A stretch of 64,000 nt of DNA from Eledone cirrhosa (taxonomy: Eukaryota), in NCBI GenBank assembly GCA_964016885.1, contig OZ024741.1:109430001-109494000 (forward strand), in the 5' to 3' direction. Of the stretch, positions 13,884-26,575 are shown in pieces. The position numbers and the translations under genes are program-made. Numbering within the stretch: position 1 is the first letter of the stretch; the number at the start of each line of letters is the position of its first letter. Under the pieces are notes generated by a model, which searched no databases, had not been told where the DNA came from, and saw nothing but the letters and a program-made list of their open reading frames with translations.

Positions 13884-14528
13884 TCTAGCTCCTATTCCCG
13901 TAGTAGAGCACTTTCCGACACTACCACTTTCCGACCCTACCACTAAAATTCTAACTAGGAGACCAAATGAATCTCTGCTACAGAGTTAAGAACAAAGTAA
14001 ATAAATACAATACAGAAGTAATAGGAACAAATAATTACATACACGCAAACAGATACGTACATACACAAGCATACGCAAAACCTTACCATGGGTATACAAA
14101 ACCACGCACATATAAATATGTGTGTGTGTGTATGCTTGTGTACAAATAAATAAATAATTATATAAACGTATATAAGTAAATAAATACGTATATAACAAGC
14201 GCACACGCATACCTACATATAAATACACGAATGTTCGGAGACGTAAGTCAACTAAAACAAGAAGTACACATATACACACACCCACCATACGTACGAGCCT
14301 GCACACTCACGCGGACGCAAAACTCCCGTATACACATAGCCAAACCCTAAATACCAGAATATGTAAAAAGTATACGCTATAACAGTCAAATATACGTACG
14401 AGAAGGTATACATACCTTCACAAAACATACGGGTAATATATACTTACCTATGCAAATACGTAAAGGAATAAACAAAACATATACTTAGCTCCCACATCAA
14501 GACGTAAAATATCCACGTATAGATCGTG

Positions 14529-16658
14529 CTATCCGTTAGGGTATAACGTGGGGCTGTAATACAGGAAAGTTTTGTGCAATTTATGTTTACAAGCCGAAAT
14601 TGCCTCAGATTTTTTGTTTAAGATGTGGTTTGTAGCGTAGAGTATTTCCAGGGCCTCAGCGGCGCAGAGGTCACATGGTCTTTTATTTCCGTTATACGAT
14701 CTAGCCCTAGCTAGGATCTCCCAGTGTAACTTATATTGGGTGTGGTTGTCTTTTAGACTCCAGATATAAGCTGAAAGTGACGTCATATTCCTTCTTAGAG
14801 GGTAACGAAAAGAATGGGTATGCATGTAAAGACGCTGCTTGAAACTATTGGCGGTTAACCCTATGTAGGCCCTACGGGACGTGGGTGTTACAACCTTACA
14901 TTTGTAGACAATGTTACTAGAGAGGCATTTCCCGGATAGGGGGCAATCAGCCCGATTCCTACAATTACGGTTAGTACTACCTACAGGGTTGCACGTGTTC
15001 ATACGGCTAGGTAGTTTAGCTAAATTTGAAGCTGTGATGTTATGTGCAAGGTTAGGAGTCGTAGAGTAAGAAATTTTAATAGTATTTCTATTAAAAATTT
15101 TACTATATTTATGTGTAGGGGGAAAATGCTTCGTAATAAGGGAAAGAAAGATCTTAGCTAATGGTGTGGCCACCTCCATATTATATGGTGGGTTAAACCA
15201 ACAAATGCGACGGGATCTATTTCTTCTAGGTCTATTTTCGTACACTGTATATGCTACCTTATCGACAAATCCACTTCGTGAAAGAGCTTCATTGTAATAA
15301 GTGGAATGGTCGTTGAAAATGCGCTCGTTGGTGGAAAGACGGGAAAGCCTCAACGAAACGTTTCTTACCAGGTTCTTGGTTATGCTGGCAGGATGGTTGG
15401 AATGCTTACTTATGTAATTAAGCGTATCATTCGGCTTTCTATACGGGTAATACATCCCATTCAATAAATTGAGGGTAACGTCGAGGTAATTAACGACCGA
15501 GAGATTGGCCTCAACCTGTATAGAGAGGTTGAAGCCTTTAAAGAAGGCTGTGAGTTCTTTTCTGAACCTGTCGTAAGCACGAGGTCCGCACTTAGTCATG
15601 GTCAAAAGACCATCGTCACGGTACAAACCACCGCCCGCGTTGGGGAATTCGTCCTTGATAGAGAAAAGAAGGAAAAGGCCAATAAGATCAGTAACCTCCG
15701 CAGAGTAACTGGCGCCCATACTCACGTCGAATGGGGTACTATTGGATTTTTTAATCCAAATAGAGTCGTCGAAATTAATCACCGACTTTCGGGCATTAAG
15801 GATGACATCAACTTCAAAATCCTTAACCACTGTGAGTGTTTTAGCGAAATTGATAGCTCTAAGGAGAAGTGGTAAAGTGATGGAGGAGTAGTAATTGTTG
15901 ATGTCGAATTGGATAAAACGGCAATGTTCCTTGTTACATATGCCGTTGAACCAATCAATCACCGCGAAAGAATTGTTCCACAGTGCGAGAGGGGCCAAAC
16001 TTCTAATTTCAGGTATAATTCTATCAAGAATCGTTTTACTAAGTCTACCTAAATCGGACTTCGTAGGGTTAATAAGCCGAATAGAGGGGTTGTTCGGAAA
16101 ATTGGATTTGTGATCCTTCAGGGTAAAGTGGGGAGAGATAGGGTCCAGAGGTTCGGTCCGGTCCAGGATGTTGAGATCAGATGTGATTTTAAACCCAGCA
16201 TCGTTGATTTCATTGATGACGCACCGATTAGTTTTACGGTAATCCTTAGTTACAGCATTATGTAGTAGTTGATGGTAAGTACTGCGCTCCACTTGATATA
16301 GGTTGCCAGTTTTGTCGGAATGGACGTGCACGGCGTTAGAATCCTTAATAGAACGAATTCTATTCTTCAGGTCTTGCAGGAAGGAATTGCTCCTATTCCG
16401 AAATTTGATATTCCGAATGAGTTCCAAGACATCATTTTCGAAGGGTAGCAATGCTGGGTTCCACGGAGGGTTATTATAAGTTTTAAATCCAAATTTATCC
16501 TGTTTGTTGTCTGCTTTTCGCGGATTATCGAAATAAAAGGCACGCCAACGCAACTTTTTAATGAACGCGTCTGTTTTCTGTATCAGGAGTTTTAGGTATG
16601 TTTTCCTGCTTGGTACGGGTATGTTCTTTGTAGAAATATTCAGATGTTGTTTCTGCAT
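14529..16658 (-). CDS. PLE reverse transcriptase plus Cys-rich linker and GIY-YIG endonuclease (709 aa)
   Basis: Motifs SDKTGNLY, RLINP, FDINNYYSSI, MG..YSAEV, LYRDD, YLDV, WFNPPY, NCRNRADCPLSGKC, IVYKC...YIGLT and CDLC..E. Confidence 0.92.
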   Translation of the reverse strand: MQKQHLNISTKNIPVPSRKTYLKLLIQKTDAFIKKLRWRAFYFDNPRKADNKQDKFGFKTYNNPPWNPALLPFENDVLELIRNIKFRNRSNSFLQDLKNRIRSIKDSNAVHVHSDKTGNLYQVERSTYHQLLHNAVTKDYRKTNRCVINEINDAGFKITSDLNILDRTEPLDPISPHFTLKDHKSNFPNNPSIRLINPTKSDLGRLSKTILDRIIPEIRSLAPLALWNNSFAVIDWFNGICNKEHCRFIQFDINNYYSSITLPLLLRAINFAKTLTVVKDFEVDVILNARKSVINFDDSIWIKKSNSTPFDVSMGASYSAEVTDLIGLFLLFSIKDEFPNAGGGLYRDDGLLTMTKCGPRAYDRFRKELTAFFKGFNLSIQVEANLSVVNYLDVTLNLLNGMYYPYRKPNDTLNYISKHSNHPASITKNLVRNVSLRLSRLSTNERIFNDHSTYYNEALSRSGFVDKVAYTVYENRPRRNRSRRICWFNPPYNMEVATPLAKIFLSLITKHFPPTHKYSKIFNRNTIKISYSTTPNLAHNITASNLAKLPSRMNTCNPVGSTNRNCRNRADCPLSGKCLSSNIVYKCKVVTPTSRRAYIGLTANSFKQRLYMHTHSFRYPLRRNMTSLSAYIWSLKDNHTQYKLHWEILARARSYNGNKRPCDLCAAEALEILYATNHILNKKSEAISACKHKLHKTFLYYSPTLYPNG

Positions 16659-16812
16659 GATGAATATAAGTCAGTAGAGTGCTCAACCGAAGGAGCCAAA
16701 TAGTAATAATAATAAAATTGAAGACTAAAATCCAAAGAGGGCTCGATAAGGAAAATATATATCAAATATATAAGAACCGTAGAGCAAATATTTATTAAAA
16801 TAACAGATTAAA

Positions 16813-16861
16813 GTTTAAGCAAAGAATCGCTGCTTTCACCCTTAACGGGATCTTCTGAAAC
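16813..16861 (-). ncRNA. Type I hammerhead ribozyme in the PLE pLTR, U4A core variant
   Basis: GTTT CAGAAGA tCCC gttaa GGGt GAAA GCA gcgattctt TGC TT AAAC. Confidence 0.75.
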
Positions 16862-17949
16862 TAACAAAGTCAATCTGTAAACGCAGAACTGGATATTTCA
16901 AAAAACGTTGCAACCGGAGGAAGACAGGAAGAAGATACTTTGGTTCGTGGTAACGTTCGCTGGCAAAGAACGGGAAAAAACGAATAATACGTCATTAATA
17001 GGAGCGGTGAAAAACAATTACGCGCAAAGACAAAACCACGTTTATGGTATAAAAGAGGTCGTAGACTAATGTTCTCTTAGGTGGTGCATAGAGACGTTCT
17101 CTGGCAATGAACGAAAAAACGAAGATAATAAGTCATATGTGGAGCGTGGAGAACAATAGCACGCAAAGACAAAACCACGTAAATGGTATAGCAGAAATCG
17201 TAGACTAAAATTCTAACTAGGAGACCAAATGAATCTACGCTACAGAGTTAAGAACAAAGTAAATAAATACAATACAGAAGTAATAGGAACAAATAAATAC
17301 ATACACGCAAACAGATACGTACATACACAAGCATACGCAAAACCTTACCATGGGTATACAAAACCACGCACATATAAATATGTGTGTGTGTGTATGCTTG
17401 TGTACAAATAAATAAATAATTATATAAACGTATATAAGTAAATAAATACGTATATAACAAGCGCACACACATACCTACATATAAATACACGAATGTTCGG
17501 AGACGTAAGTCAACTAAAACAAGAAGTACACATATACACACACCCACCATACGTACGAACCTGCACACTCACGCGGACGCAAAACTCCCGTATACACATA
17601 GCCAAACCCTAATTACCAGAATATGTAAAAATTATACGCTATAACAGTCAAATATACGTACGAGAAGGTATACATACCTTCACAAAACATACGGGTAATA
17701 TATACTTACCTATGCAAATACGTAAAGGAATAAACAAAACATATACTTAGCTCCCACATCAAGCCGTAAAATATCCACGTATAGATCGTGCTATCCGTTA
17801 GGGTATAACGTGGGGCTGTAATACAGGAAAGTTTTGTGCAATTTATGTTTACAAGCGTTACCACGAACCAAAGTATCGTCTTCCTGTCTTCCTCCGGTTG
17901 CAACGTTTTTTGAAATATCCAGTTCTGCGTTTACAGATTGACTTTGTTA

Positions 17950-17998
17950 GTTTCAGAAGATCCCGTTAAGGGTGAAAGCAGCGATTCTTTGCTTAAAC
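17950..17998 (+). ncRNA. Same HHR in the inverted pLTR
   Basis: Identical to 16813-16861 on the opposite strand. Confidence 0.75.
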
Positions 17999-18105
17999 TT
18001 TAATCTGTTATTTTAATAAATATTTGCTCTACGGTTCTTATATATTTGATATATATTTTCCTTATCGCGCCCTCTTTGGATTTTAGTCTTCAATTTTATT
18101 ATTAT

Positions 18106-18154
<49 letters not shown>

Positions 18155-18579
18155 TGTTATACACTAGACTGAAATTCTACTTGTCCTGTACTTTTCCAGG
18201 TTTATTATTATTTAAGAATATTAATACACATGCGCCGGCATTTTTCGGTCTAGTCCCCTTTTCTTAGGGCATTGCAGCAAATTATTTTATTTAAATTACC
18301 TTGACCATTTTCTAAGGCATTTACAGTCCTTTTTTCATCAATACAAATTAATTTTTCATTTCAATATTTCTATAAAATCCAAAATATTAAAATTGAAAAG
18401 GTATTTTGTAGAATATAATCAATAGAGACATTTGCCTTTTCTGAACACTCTTACTACAAGCCTGCAGGTGTGCCCATAGAGACAAAGCTATAATTGACTA
18501 TACTCTAATGATCAATTTAGAGTTTAACTTAACAAGTGAAGTTATCAAAGATGCTAGAAAAAAGAAGCAATTAAAATAA

Positions 18580-18918
18580 CTGAGTCAAAAATAAATAGAA
18601 TTAAGTAGTAAATAAATAAAATGCCAATAAACAGTGAGCTCAAATTCAACAATAATTTGTCCATAATTAGCAGTTAGTCCAAAATAAAATTAAGTAGTCC
18701 AGAATTAGCATTTAGTCCAAAATAAAATTATGTAGTCGAAAATCAGCATTTAGTCCAAAATAAGCAACAAGTAGTCAAAAATAAAATTAAGTAGTCCCAA
18801 ATCAGCATTTAGTCCAAAATAATCAGCAAGTACTCCAAAACAAAATGAAGTAGTCCAGAATTAACAGTAATCCTAATTATAAGTTGGTAGTCCAAGATCA
18901 ATAGTCCAAAATCCAAAA
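18580..18918. repeat. Degenerate tandem repeat of about 19-21 bp (AGTCCAAAATAAAATTAAGT-like)
   Basis: Recurrent TAGTCC/AGTCAAAA units. Confidence 0.7.
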
Positions 18919-18919
18919 T

Positions 18920-19762
18920 CTAAATTTTTCCCATAAACAATACAACCACATTAGGTAACTTAGGAGGAAATTTATTGCGCCTTTTTTTGATAATGTTGTC
19001 ACTAATTTCATCCCAATTTTCAGCACCACTTTTTACCAGACAAGTATAATGGCCTGCCGTAGATGATACTCCTTCATGAAGAATAGCAGCTTTTAATGTG
19101 AAATTTGTGCCATATATTTGCTGCTTTTTTGAGCTAAAGTTCATATCACAATTAATTATTTGTTCTCCTTCATTATTAATCTAAAATCTATTAATTAAGA
19201 TGACAAGATATTTGAAATCGTTAGTAAATTCAATTCTTGAAGTTATTTGATGCTCAGTATTTTAAGAACAAGTATCACAGTATTTAATCAAAGTATTTGT
19301 TGTTGAAAGTAGAGATTTAAATTGTTGTGTGCCATTAACAGGATTTAATATCAAATCCTCTTTTATTTGAAATGGAAGTTCAGATTCTATACCACATCCA
19401 GGTCTTGAATTACAATTGCAAACATTGTTATTTAAAACTTGGCAATTTGTTTGATGCAATCGGATGCATCTAGTATGATCAGTTTGAATAAATTGAAGTT
19501 TTTCTCTAAATACCAAGTCCAAATGTAGAGAGAGTTCTTTCCAAAATTCATGAGCACATTGCTGATTTCCATCATGAAATCTTCCTCCAATTCTTCTTCT
19601 TAAGTTAGAGACATTATTATGATTATTAAAAATGATATTGCTTAATTCTTGATGTACTCCATTCATGTTGTTAAAATTATGCAAATACTCTACAAATTCA
19701 GGCAATTGATTCAGTGATTGCACAACTGAATTTTCAAAACAAGCATTTCTTTGGTTGATCAA
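18920..19762 (-). pseudogene. Ubiquitin-specific protease (peptidase C19/USP-like) domain, disrupted
   Basis: Cys box INQRNACFENSVVQSL, QQCAHEF (QQDAxEF box), His box AILHEGVSSTAGHYTCLVK..W.EISD. Confidence 0.8.
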
Positions 19763-19841
19763 TTGATGCTTAGGGATTAAAGTTTGGCTGTTTTCATTTC
19801 TTTTCTTCTTTTTGGCAGGTTGGTTTGAATTTTCTTATAAA

Positions 19842-20975
19842 TTAAGTCTTAGTTCTTTTCTTGGGCATGCTAGAAGCATTTGCCATGCAAGGATGCTTTT
19901 TCCTGCAAGGTGGCAATGGAGGCAAATCTGCTCTTCCAGTACTAGCCCGTAGTTTGTTGTACTCTTCCCATGCAGATTTGTCAACCATGATCAATGATCT
20001 TGGATCAAAGTCACAGAGATACACATTGCAAAGTTTTCTGGCTCTTGAAAGAGCCACATAAGCTTGACCATCAGAAAATATCTGATTTCCTAAATCAGTA
20101 ATTATTCCATCCACAGAAATTCCTTGTGGTTTGTGAATTGTTATAGAGTAAGCAAGAGGCAATGGAAATTGTGTTCTGGTGACAAAAACACCAGGAGAAG
20201 TTTCATAGTCTGCTTGAACTCTTCCAATGGAAATGGGTTTGTCCTTTTTGGTATCAAAAGGCACCAACATTTTGTCAACATTGCTTCCATTCCCAATTAA
20301 TTCAATAACTGTTCCATTAACACCATTGCATAAGCCTTGATCTACATCAATGTTTCGTTTCAACATCACTCTTGCTCCAATTCCAACATTTAGCAAAGTT
20401 TCTAGTCCAGTAGTATCAGAAGTTTTCTTGTTTTTGCCTTTTTCAAAATTTTTTTTTTTTCTTCCATTTACTTGTCTCATACCAGAATCTTTTGCAGCAA
20501 GTTTCACTGCATTTATGTTGCATTTTTTAATCATTTCATTATTCAACTCATCAACAGCTTTATTCAAAGGTAAAATGCATACAAATTTTAATTCAGAAAT
20601 AGAATACAATTCAATCAATTTTTTAGCAATTTCTTCAACAGATGCTTTTCTATCAGGAAATAGGCATCTTTTTTGAAGAATGCTAACATCAGAGTCTGAA
20701 CCAATCCTAATTCTTCCCAAAATATCAACATAGTTGTCTTTGTCTTCTTTTTGTCTCATATTAATGGTTAGCTCATCATATTAAAAGTATTTCCACAATG
20801 CCCACTAATGCCAATTTCTGTTCTTTTGGCATCATATGATGAAATTCTAGAAAATACTGGTTTTTCATTTACAGGTGGCAATTGCATCAAATCACCAAAC
20901 AAAAGAAGATTCATTTTTCCAAAAGGATAAGCCATTTTTGGGGATCTCCAAAAATTTCATCAAGCCTTTTGTGAA
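19842..20975 (-). pseudogene. PIF1-family helicase C-terminal half (Helitron RepHel-like), disrupted
   Basis: FGDLMQLPPV, ELTINMRQ, GARVMLKRNIDVDQGLCNG, RTQFPLPLAYSITIHKPQG and GQAYVALSRA. Confidence 0.88.
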
Positions 20976-21492
20976 TAACTATAATTAAGGGAAACTACTT
21001 AGTACAGCTACGATGGATTTATACTAGAGTTATGTCCCTTAGCGTTACTCCTCATCTGATTTCGTCACTTAAAGTCACACAACTCGATCTCTATGGCACC
21101 AATCTTTTCAATATTGACAAATTTCGATTCTGCTTATCGAGTCCTATCTACTGAGATGGGTAGCATGAAACTATATTCGAAATTTAAAAAGTTATGATGA
21201 GTCAAAGTCAATGAGGGGCCTTATCCACCACTACTTGACCACACATATTTTAGTGTAACTTTTTTTCTACTGACCCAAATTTCAATTTCCTTGTACCAAA
21301 ATGTAGGCTGGGATGAGTCCGTTCTAGTGCAAAAAACCTGACCAAATTTGGTTGAGAACTGAATAGAGTGACAAGTCCTAGAAGTGGCTGTCGTTGGGAA
21401 AAAGTTGACCTTAAGAATATTATTCACACACTACCGTGTGTGAATGATATAAATATATATACATACATACATGTATATCAATATATGTACAC

Positions 21493-21564
<72 letters not shown>

Positions 21565-21679
21565 AATATAAAACAAATGTCTCTCTGGCGGACATTTGTT
21601 TTCAACCGGCTGGCCTATTGCTCTCGGCTGTAGTCGCCACACAGTGTCAAACTAACCACAAAACCTGAAGCAATCCAAC

Positions 21680-22130
21680 GGAGCTACACACAGAAGATGC
21701 CTCAATGAAGGACATGGGCTAATGGGAGAACTGTAAAAAAACAAACTCTACTCCTTGGAACGAAGACAGGAGAGATACAAAGTGATATACATGTGGAAGA
21801 TCCTGGAAGGAATAGCATTACGAACTGGACCAACCCTCAAATAGGATGCCACTGTTTCGTGCCAATTGACCAAGCTTTCAAATTTAGAATAAGGACTAGA
21901 TACTGCAATAGCCTGAAGTACAAATGACCTCAGCTCTTAAATAAGCTGTGAAAATACTGAGAGGTCTACATGGAGTAGATGTAGATGTTTTCAAGAAATG
22001 TTTCTCGAAACGTTTCTTGAATCACCATACACGAGACGAAATGTAAATAAGGGAGGCAGTGACAAACTCTCTCTTACAACCATGGCTAAACAAGGAACGC
22101 TGACTATAGAAAGTGTTGGGGCAATGTTGT
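21680..22130 (+). mobile_element. CR1-like LINE 3' fragment
   Basis: Translates to LYSLERRQERYKVIYMWKILEG, a typical CR1 ORF2 C-terminus. Confidence 0.7.
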
Positions 22131-22352
22131 TGTCGCCGCCTGGCCTCAGCCAGTCGTCTGGAATAGGGTAAAAGAGAGTAAATAATATATATATGGTAGT
22201 TAACTGGTACTGGTGCAGGAGATTTACCGAGCCAACTCAAATTTATTAATAGGGAGATAGCTAGAAAGAAAGAGCGAGAGAGACAGAGATATATAGACAA
22301 GCAGATAGAACTAATAGATGAAGAGATATATGGATAGATAGGTATGTGTATG

Positions 22353-22385
<33 letters not shown>

Positions 22386-22414
22386 TACATTCCCTATATA
22401 TATATATATATATA

Positions 22415-22850
22415 ACCAAAAGTTAAACACGGTTCATTGATTAATCAATGAATATAGTTTTACAATAGATTAGAAGCACTCAGCAGTCAAAGTTTTCTGG
22501 AGTTATTAATATTAATTCAAAATATTAATAAATATAGACATTCATGTGATCAAATATATTTTATTATATATATTTCAGAGGTACTGTGCTGTTTCCTCAG
22601 AACGTCCTCATCAGATAAAATCAATTGATGTCTGACATACCTCAACTGTGCTGATGGTTCAATTCCAGTCTTGGCAGTCAAGACTGGAATTAAACCATCA
22701 GCACAGTTGAGGTATTTCAGGCATCAATTTATTTTATCTGATGAGGACGTTCTGAGAAAACAGCACAGTACCTCTGAAATATATATAATAAAATATATTT
22801 GATTACATGAATGTCTATATTTATTAATATTTTGAATTAATATTTTGAAT
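22415..22850. mobile_element. Family C fold-back element with an HHR in each arm (22558-22621 on -, 22731-22794 on +)
   Basis: Arms are mirrored around CCAGTCTTGGCAGTCAAGACTGG. HHR reads ATTTTAT CTGATGA GG...CT GAAA TATATA TA ATAAAAT. Confidence 0.85.
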
Positions 22851-23059
22851 ATGTATATATATAGGGAATATAACGTCCAATTACTGTAGGTTCACCAGAG
22901 TGTAGAACTATGCAGAGGTCCGATGAGATTTGTGTCCAGAGTCGGGCTATATCGATACAGATTGAACCTTGAGCTGATCAATAGCGAAACGCACGTCACT
23001 ACTCGATAAACGTAGCGAAGGCATACTAATCGTCCTTTTCATTATTATTATTATTATAT

Positions 23060-23360
<301 letters not shown>

Positions 23361-23649
23361 GTAGATAGATCGTTAGTGAACGATCCAGATAAACCAAAGT
23401 AGAAAGACACCTATATTTTATTAATGTTACTATTTATTGCCATTATCTCATCTTCGAAGTCTCTATTTTCGAATTTCTAGTAACACGTTTTAATTCTCTT
23501 TGGGCCATTATTTCGGTCCGTATAATAAAACAGCATAGAGTAATACACAATGATATGCATGCACTCACACATACACATTTATTTACCTAAATACACATAT
23601 ATATTTATATACTTTCACACACATACAAGTATATCTATGTTTATATGTT

Positions 23650-23826
<177 letters not shown>

Positions 23827-23830
23827 ATAC

Positions 23831-23946
<116 letters not shown>

Positions 23947-24334
23947 TATTTATATATATGTGGATATGTGAGTGTGTATGTCTGTGTGTGAGTGTGTGAT
24001 ATTTATGCACTTTTATGGTCACGTACACACACGTGACCACGAGATGCTACGAACTGAAGTACGTCAGATCATATTTGAACCGTGACCTTTGTATTTCTGT
24101 TATCGACCAGCGGACTCAATCGATCAGGTTAAAGACGCCATGATGTCGTCTGCTGTATTGATAACATCGTAACCGACTTGAAAGTGGAAAGATTAATCTC
24201 ATCACGACACAACATACACACGTCACACCACGTGTTCAGCAACTGCAGCCAATCACATTAGAGTTTCCAATTATTATTTATCATTACGCATTTATCATAA
24301 CCATCATTAATGTTATTATTATTTATATATGCCG

Positions 24335-25400
24335 TCTATGGCGGTGAATTAGCAGTAGAGGGAGAAGGTCGGACAACATGCTTTGCAGTAAACAGTCACC
24401 GCCCTTTACGTTCTGATTTCAAATCTCGCCGAGGTTAGCTTTGCCTTTCATCCTTGCGGGGTGGATAAATGAAGCACGAGTAATACACTGGGACCGATTA
24501 AATCAACCGTCCCCTCCCTTTCAAATTTCTGGCCTTGTGCCTAAAATAGAAACAGTTATTTATAGGATGTCTATGGTTGTGAATTGGCAGTATAGGGAGG
24601 GCTTGGACAAGACTGACCACCGAGGTCAGTTTTGTGTTTCATTCTCACGGAATCGATAAAATAAAGTACCAGTAATGCATTGGAGTAGACTTAATCGACT
24701 TTCCCTTTGCCTTGTAACAAAAGTAGAAACAATTATCTTTAGGAGGACTAACGGCAAGGTATTGCTAGAGGTCTTAAAGTGTCAGAGAGTCAGATACACG
24801 CTTAGCAATATTTGTTCGGGCTCATTACGTTATGATTTCAAATTCCGCGAAGTTATTTTTGACTTTCATCCATTCTATTCATTATTCATAGAGAAGTTAA
24901 GGGCGGTGGATTGGCAGTACCGGTAGAGCTTCAGACAAAATGCTTAGCAGTATTTAGCTACGACGTTCGCCGTTCAGATTTCAAATCCCACCGAGGCCAA
25001 TTTTGCATTTCCTCCTTCAGGGGTCGTTAAAATAAATTACCATTCAATTGCTGGGCTCGTTATAATAGTCTTCCACCTTTCCCAAAAATATCTGGCCTTG
25101 AACCTATGTTAGAAATCATTTTGATTGGCAGTATCGGTAGAGAGTCGGACACCATGCGTTGAAGCAAAGAGTTACGTCCCTTTATGATCTGAGTTCAAAT
25201 CCCGCCTTTCATCCTTACGGGGTCGATAAAATAAAGTACCAGTAATGTACTGGATAATTGCTGGCCTAAAATAGAAACAATTATTTATAGAACCGTAAAT
25301 CGGCAGAAGCTTTTACGTATCGAATACACTTCCCTTGCGTTATCTATTATGATCTTTGTTTAAAACCTACCGGGCTCAACTTTGCTTTTCATCCTTCTGA
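24335..25400 (+). mobile_element. Head-to-tail cluster of about 6 diverged tRNA-derived SINE copies
   Basis: Repeated TTGGCAGTA / TTCAAATCCCGCCGAGG / TTTCATCC / GTCGATAAAATAAAGTACCAG / AAAGTAGAAACAATTAT modules. Confidence 0.8.
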
Positions 25401-25552
25401 GATGACCCCACTGACATTCGTGCGGTTTCATCATTAACATTAACTGTCTCACTGGACTCACCGACGGTATTTTACCTATAAGTGACCGCTCCTGATATTA
25501 GAAATGCGTATATTTGCATGTGTATAGGCGCAGTTTTCGTTATCTACTCTGT

Positions 25553-25672
<120 letters not shown>

Positions 25673-25745
25673 ATCCAGAGGTTCAAATCGGGAGTAACGA
25701 CAGTAAGTCAGGTACTCGATACATAGCAGAGTATAAATATTTAAT

Positions 25746-26115
25746 TTGGTACAGAGCAACATACCTGTTGATAACGTGATATTCCTTGTTCGATCATTAT
25801 ACCTAAAGCTTATCATTTTAAGCAGACAGTATTTTGATTTAGGTGTCATAGAAACCCTGCATTTGGATTTTAACATCAATTCCAAAGGGTCCCGGTCAGT
25901 TTTTTTTTTATCATCTATTTTGTTTTCACCTGTTTAGCTTGATTTGCTTTTTGGCTTAGGTGGTTGATGCTTTCTTGGCCACTATTTCAGTTTTGTATGG
26001 CGTTTTAACATATTGTTTAGCTCTGGTTTTTATCTATGGAGCGCTTGCCAGCATTATTTCTGATTTTTGCGTTTCGTTTCGCTTTTTCTACACACCGAAA
26101 TACGATCCTCACTGA

Positions 26116-26118
<3 letters not shown>
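25746..26118 (+). mobile_element. Dispersed TA-flanked repeat (probable PLE pLTR family E)
   Basis: Homologous inverted copies at 26645-26790, 34900-35300, 35505-35620 and 40160-40370, mostly abutting (TA)n. Confidence 0.6.
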
Positions 26119-26149
<31 letters not shown>

Positions 26150-26154
<5 letters not shown>

Positions 26155-26575
26155 TAAACGGAATAGAAAATGCTGACAAATTGTTCACAGTTGAAAAACG
26201 GTTTAATTAGGAATAAAAGAGTATTAGTAATTGTATGGGTTAGTATTCAGTTGTGGTTTTAAGTTTTTAAGTTTTTACCGGTTGCGCATTTCTAATGCTT
26301 TTCAAAAATAATTTTGAGATAGAGTGTCCGTGTTGTTTGCTCTGATCTGAGCAAACAACACGGACACTCTATCTCAAAATTATTTTTGAAAAGCATTAGA
26401 AATGCGCAACCGGTAAAAACTTAAAAACTTAAAACCACAACTGAATACTAACCCATACAATTACTAATACTCTTTTATTCCTAATTAAACCATTTTTCAA
26501 CTGTGAACAATTTGTCAGCATTTTCTATTCCGTTTACCAATATATAATAACTTGTGTGTTACACCTCTATTCTTT

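Larger units (their letters stand above)
13945..18108 (-). mobile_element. Penelope-like element, Naiad-type, partial tandem with an upstream inverted pLTR
   Basis: 17205-17856 directly duplicates 13945-14594 (ORF end plus 3' UTR). 17858-18108 is an inverted copy of about 16700-16955. The ORF is intact and the pLTR carries an HHR. Confidence 0.9.
18162..21455 (-). mobile_element. Decayed Helitron/Helentron-type rolling-circle element
   Basis: PIF1 helicase plus protease remnants, CTAG at 18164-18167, a perfect hairpin ATTCACACAC-tacc-GTGTGTGAAT at 21422-21445, and internal tandem repeats. The boundaries are inferred. Confidence 0.6.

Noticed and set aside
13945-17856. True LTRs, or a selenoprotein/SECIS cargo as known in some Naiads
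   Set aside because: The repeat includes the ORF end and lacks TG..CA, PBS and PPT, so it is a pLTR. I could not see a second ORF or a SECIS.
18920-20975. Host PIF1 or USP gene
   Set aside because: The region is intronless, disrupted and truncated, with the two domains adjacent among repeats. A transposon origin is more likely.
25746-26118. HHR in family E (CTGATTTT...CCGAAATACGAT)
   Set aside because: I could not assemble a complete core with matching stems by eye.
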